Shown here: positions 24,592 to 24,592 of the stretch, one piece after another
Layout: every line of letters begins with the position of its first letter
How positions within the stretch are numbered: the stretch's first letter is position 1
Origin: a virus
Lineage: Duplodnaviria; Caudoviricetes
DNA length: 24,592 nucleotides
IMG/VR virus record: IMGVR_UViG_3300032318_001070
Span: 1 to 24,592 of that record
Strand: one strand, 5' to 3'
Translations under genes and position numbers: made by a program
Notes under the pieces: generated by a model
Told to the model about the DNA's origin: nothing
What the model saw: the letters and a program-made list of their open reading frames with translations, nothing else
The model's database searches: none

Positions 24592-24592
24592 G

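Overview
A segment of a tailed dsDNA phage of Actinobacteria. WhiB, a split CHC2/TOPRIM primase, a DnaB-like helicase, a Cas4/RecB-like nuclease, an SLT-type transglycosylase and short-tail-type genes make it resemble small freshwater actinophages; this assignment is inferred from gene content. Layout: portal N-terminus and large terminase (- strand, 1-2043); a ~1 kb non-coding control region (2044-3044); a rightward 'early' block of many small coupled ORFs that includes a two-domain beta-clamp-like gene (3045-9182); a converging leftward replication/regulation block (9264-15859); a small divergent Zn-finger + HNH pair (15979-16585); and leftward tail, glycosyltransferase and lysis genes (16619-24592). 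The most notable signal is an RNA-level layer in the early block. It comprises an intact-looking type II hammerhead ribozyme (3539-3591), two long G.U-containing intergenic stems, and a candidate ~75-nt sRNA with its own promoter and anti-RBS-like loops (9190-9266). Other signals are a structured terminase leader with CRP-like boxes and zoned over-representation of CCWGG and then CCGG. All structures and counts were read by eye and no searches were run.
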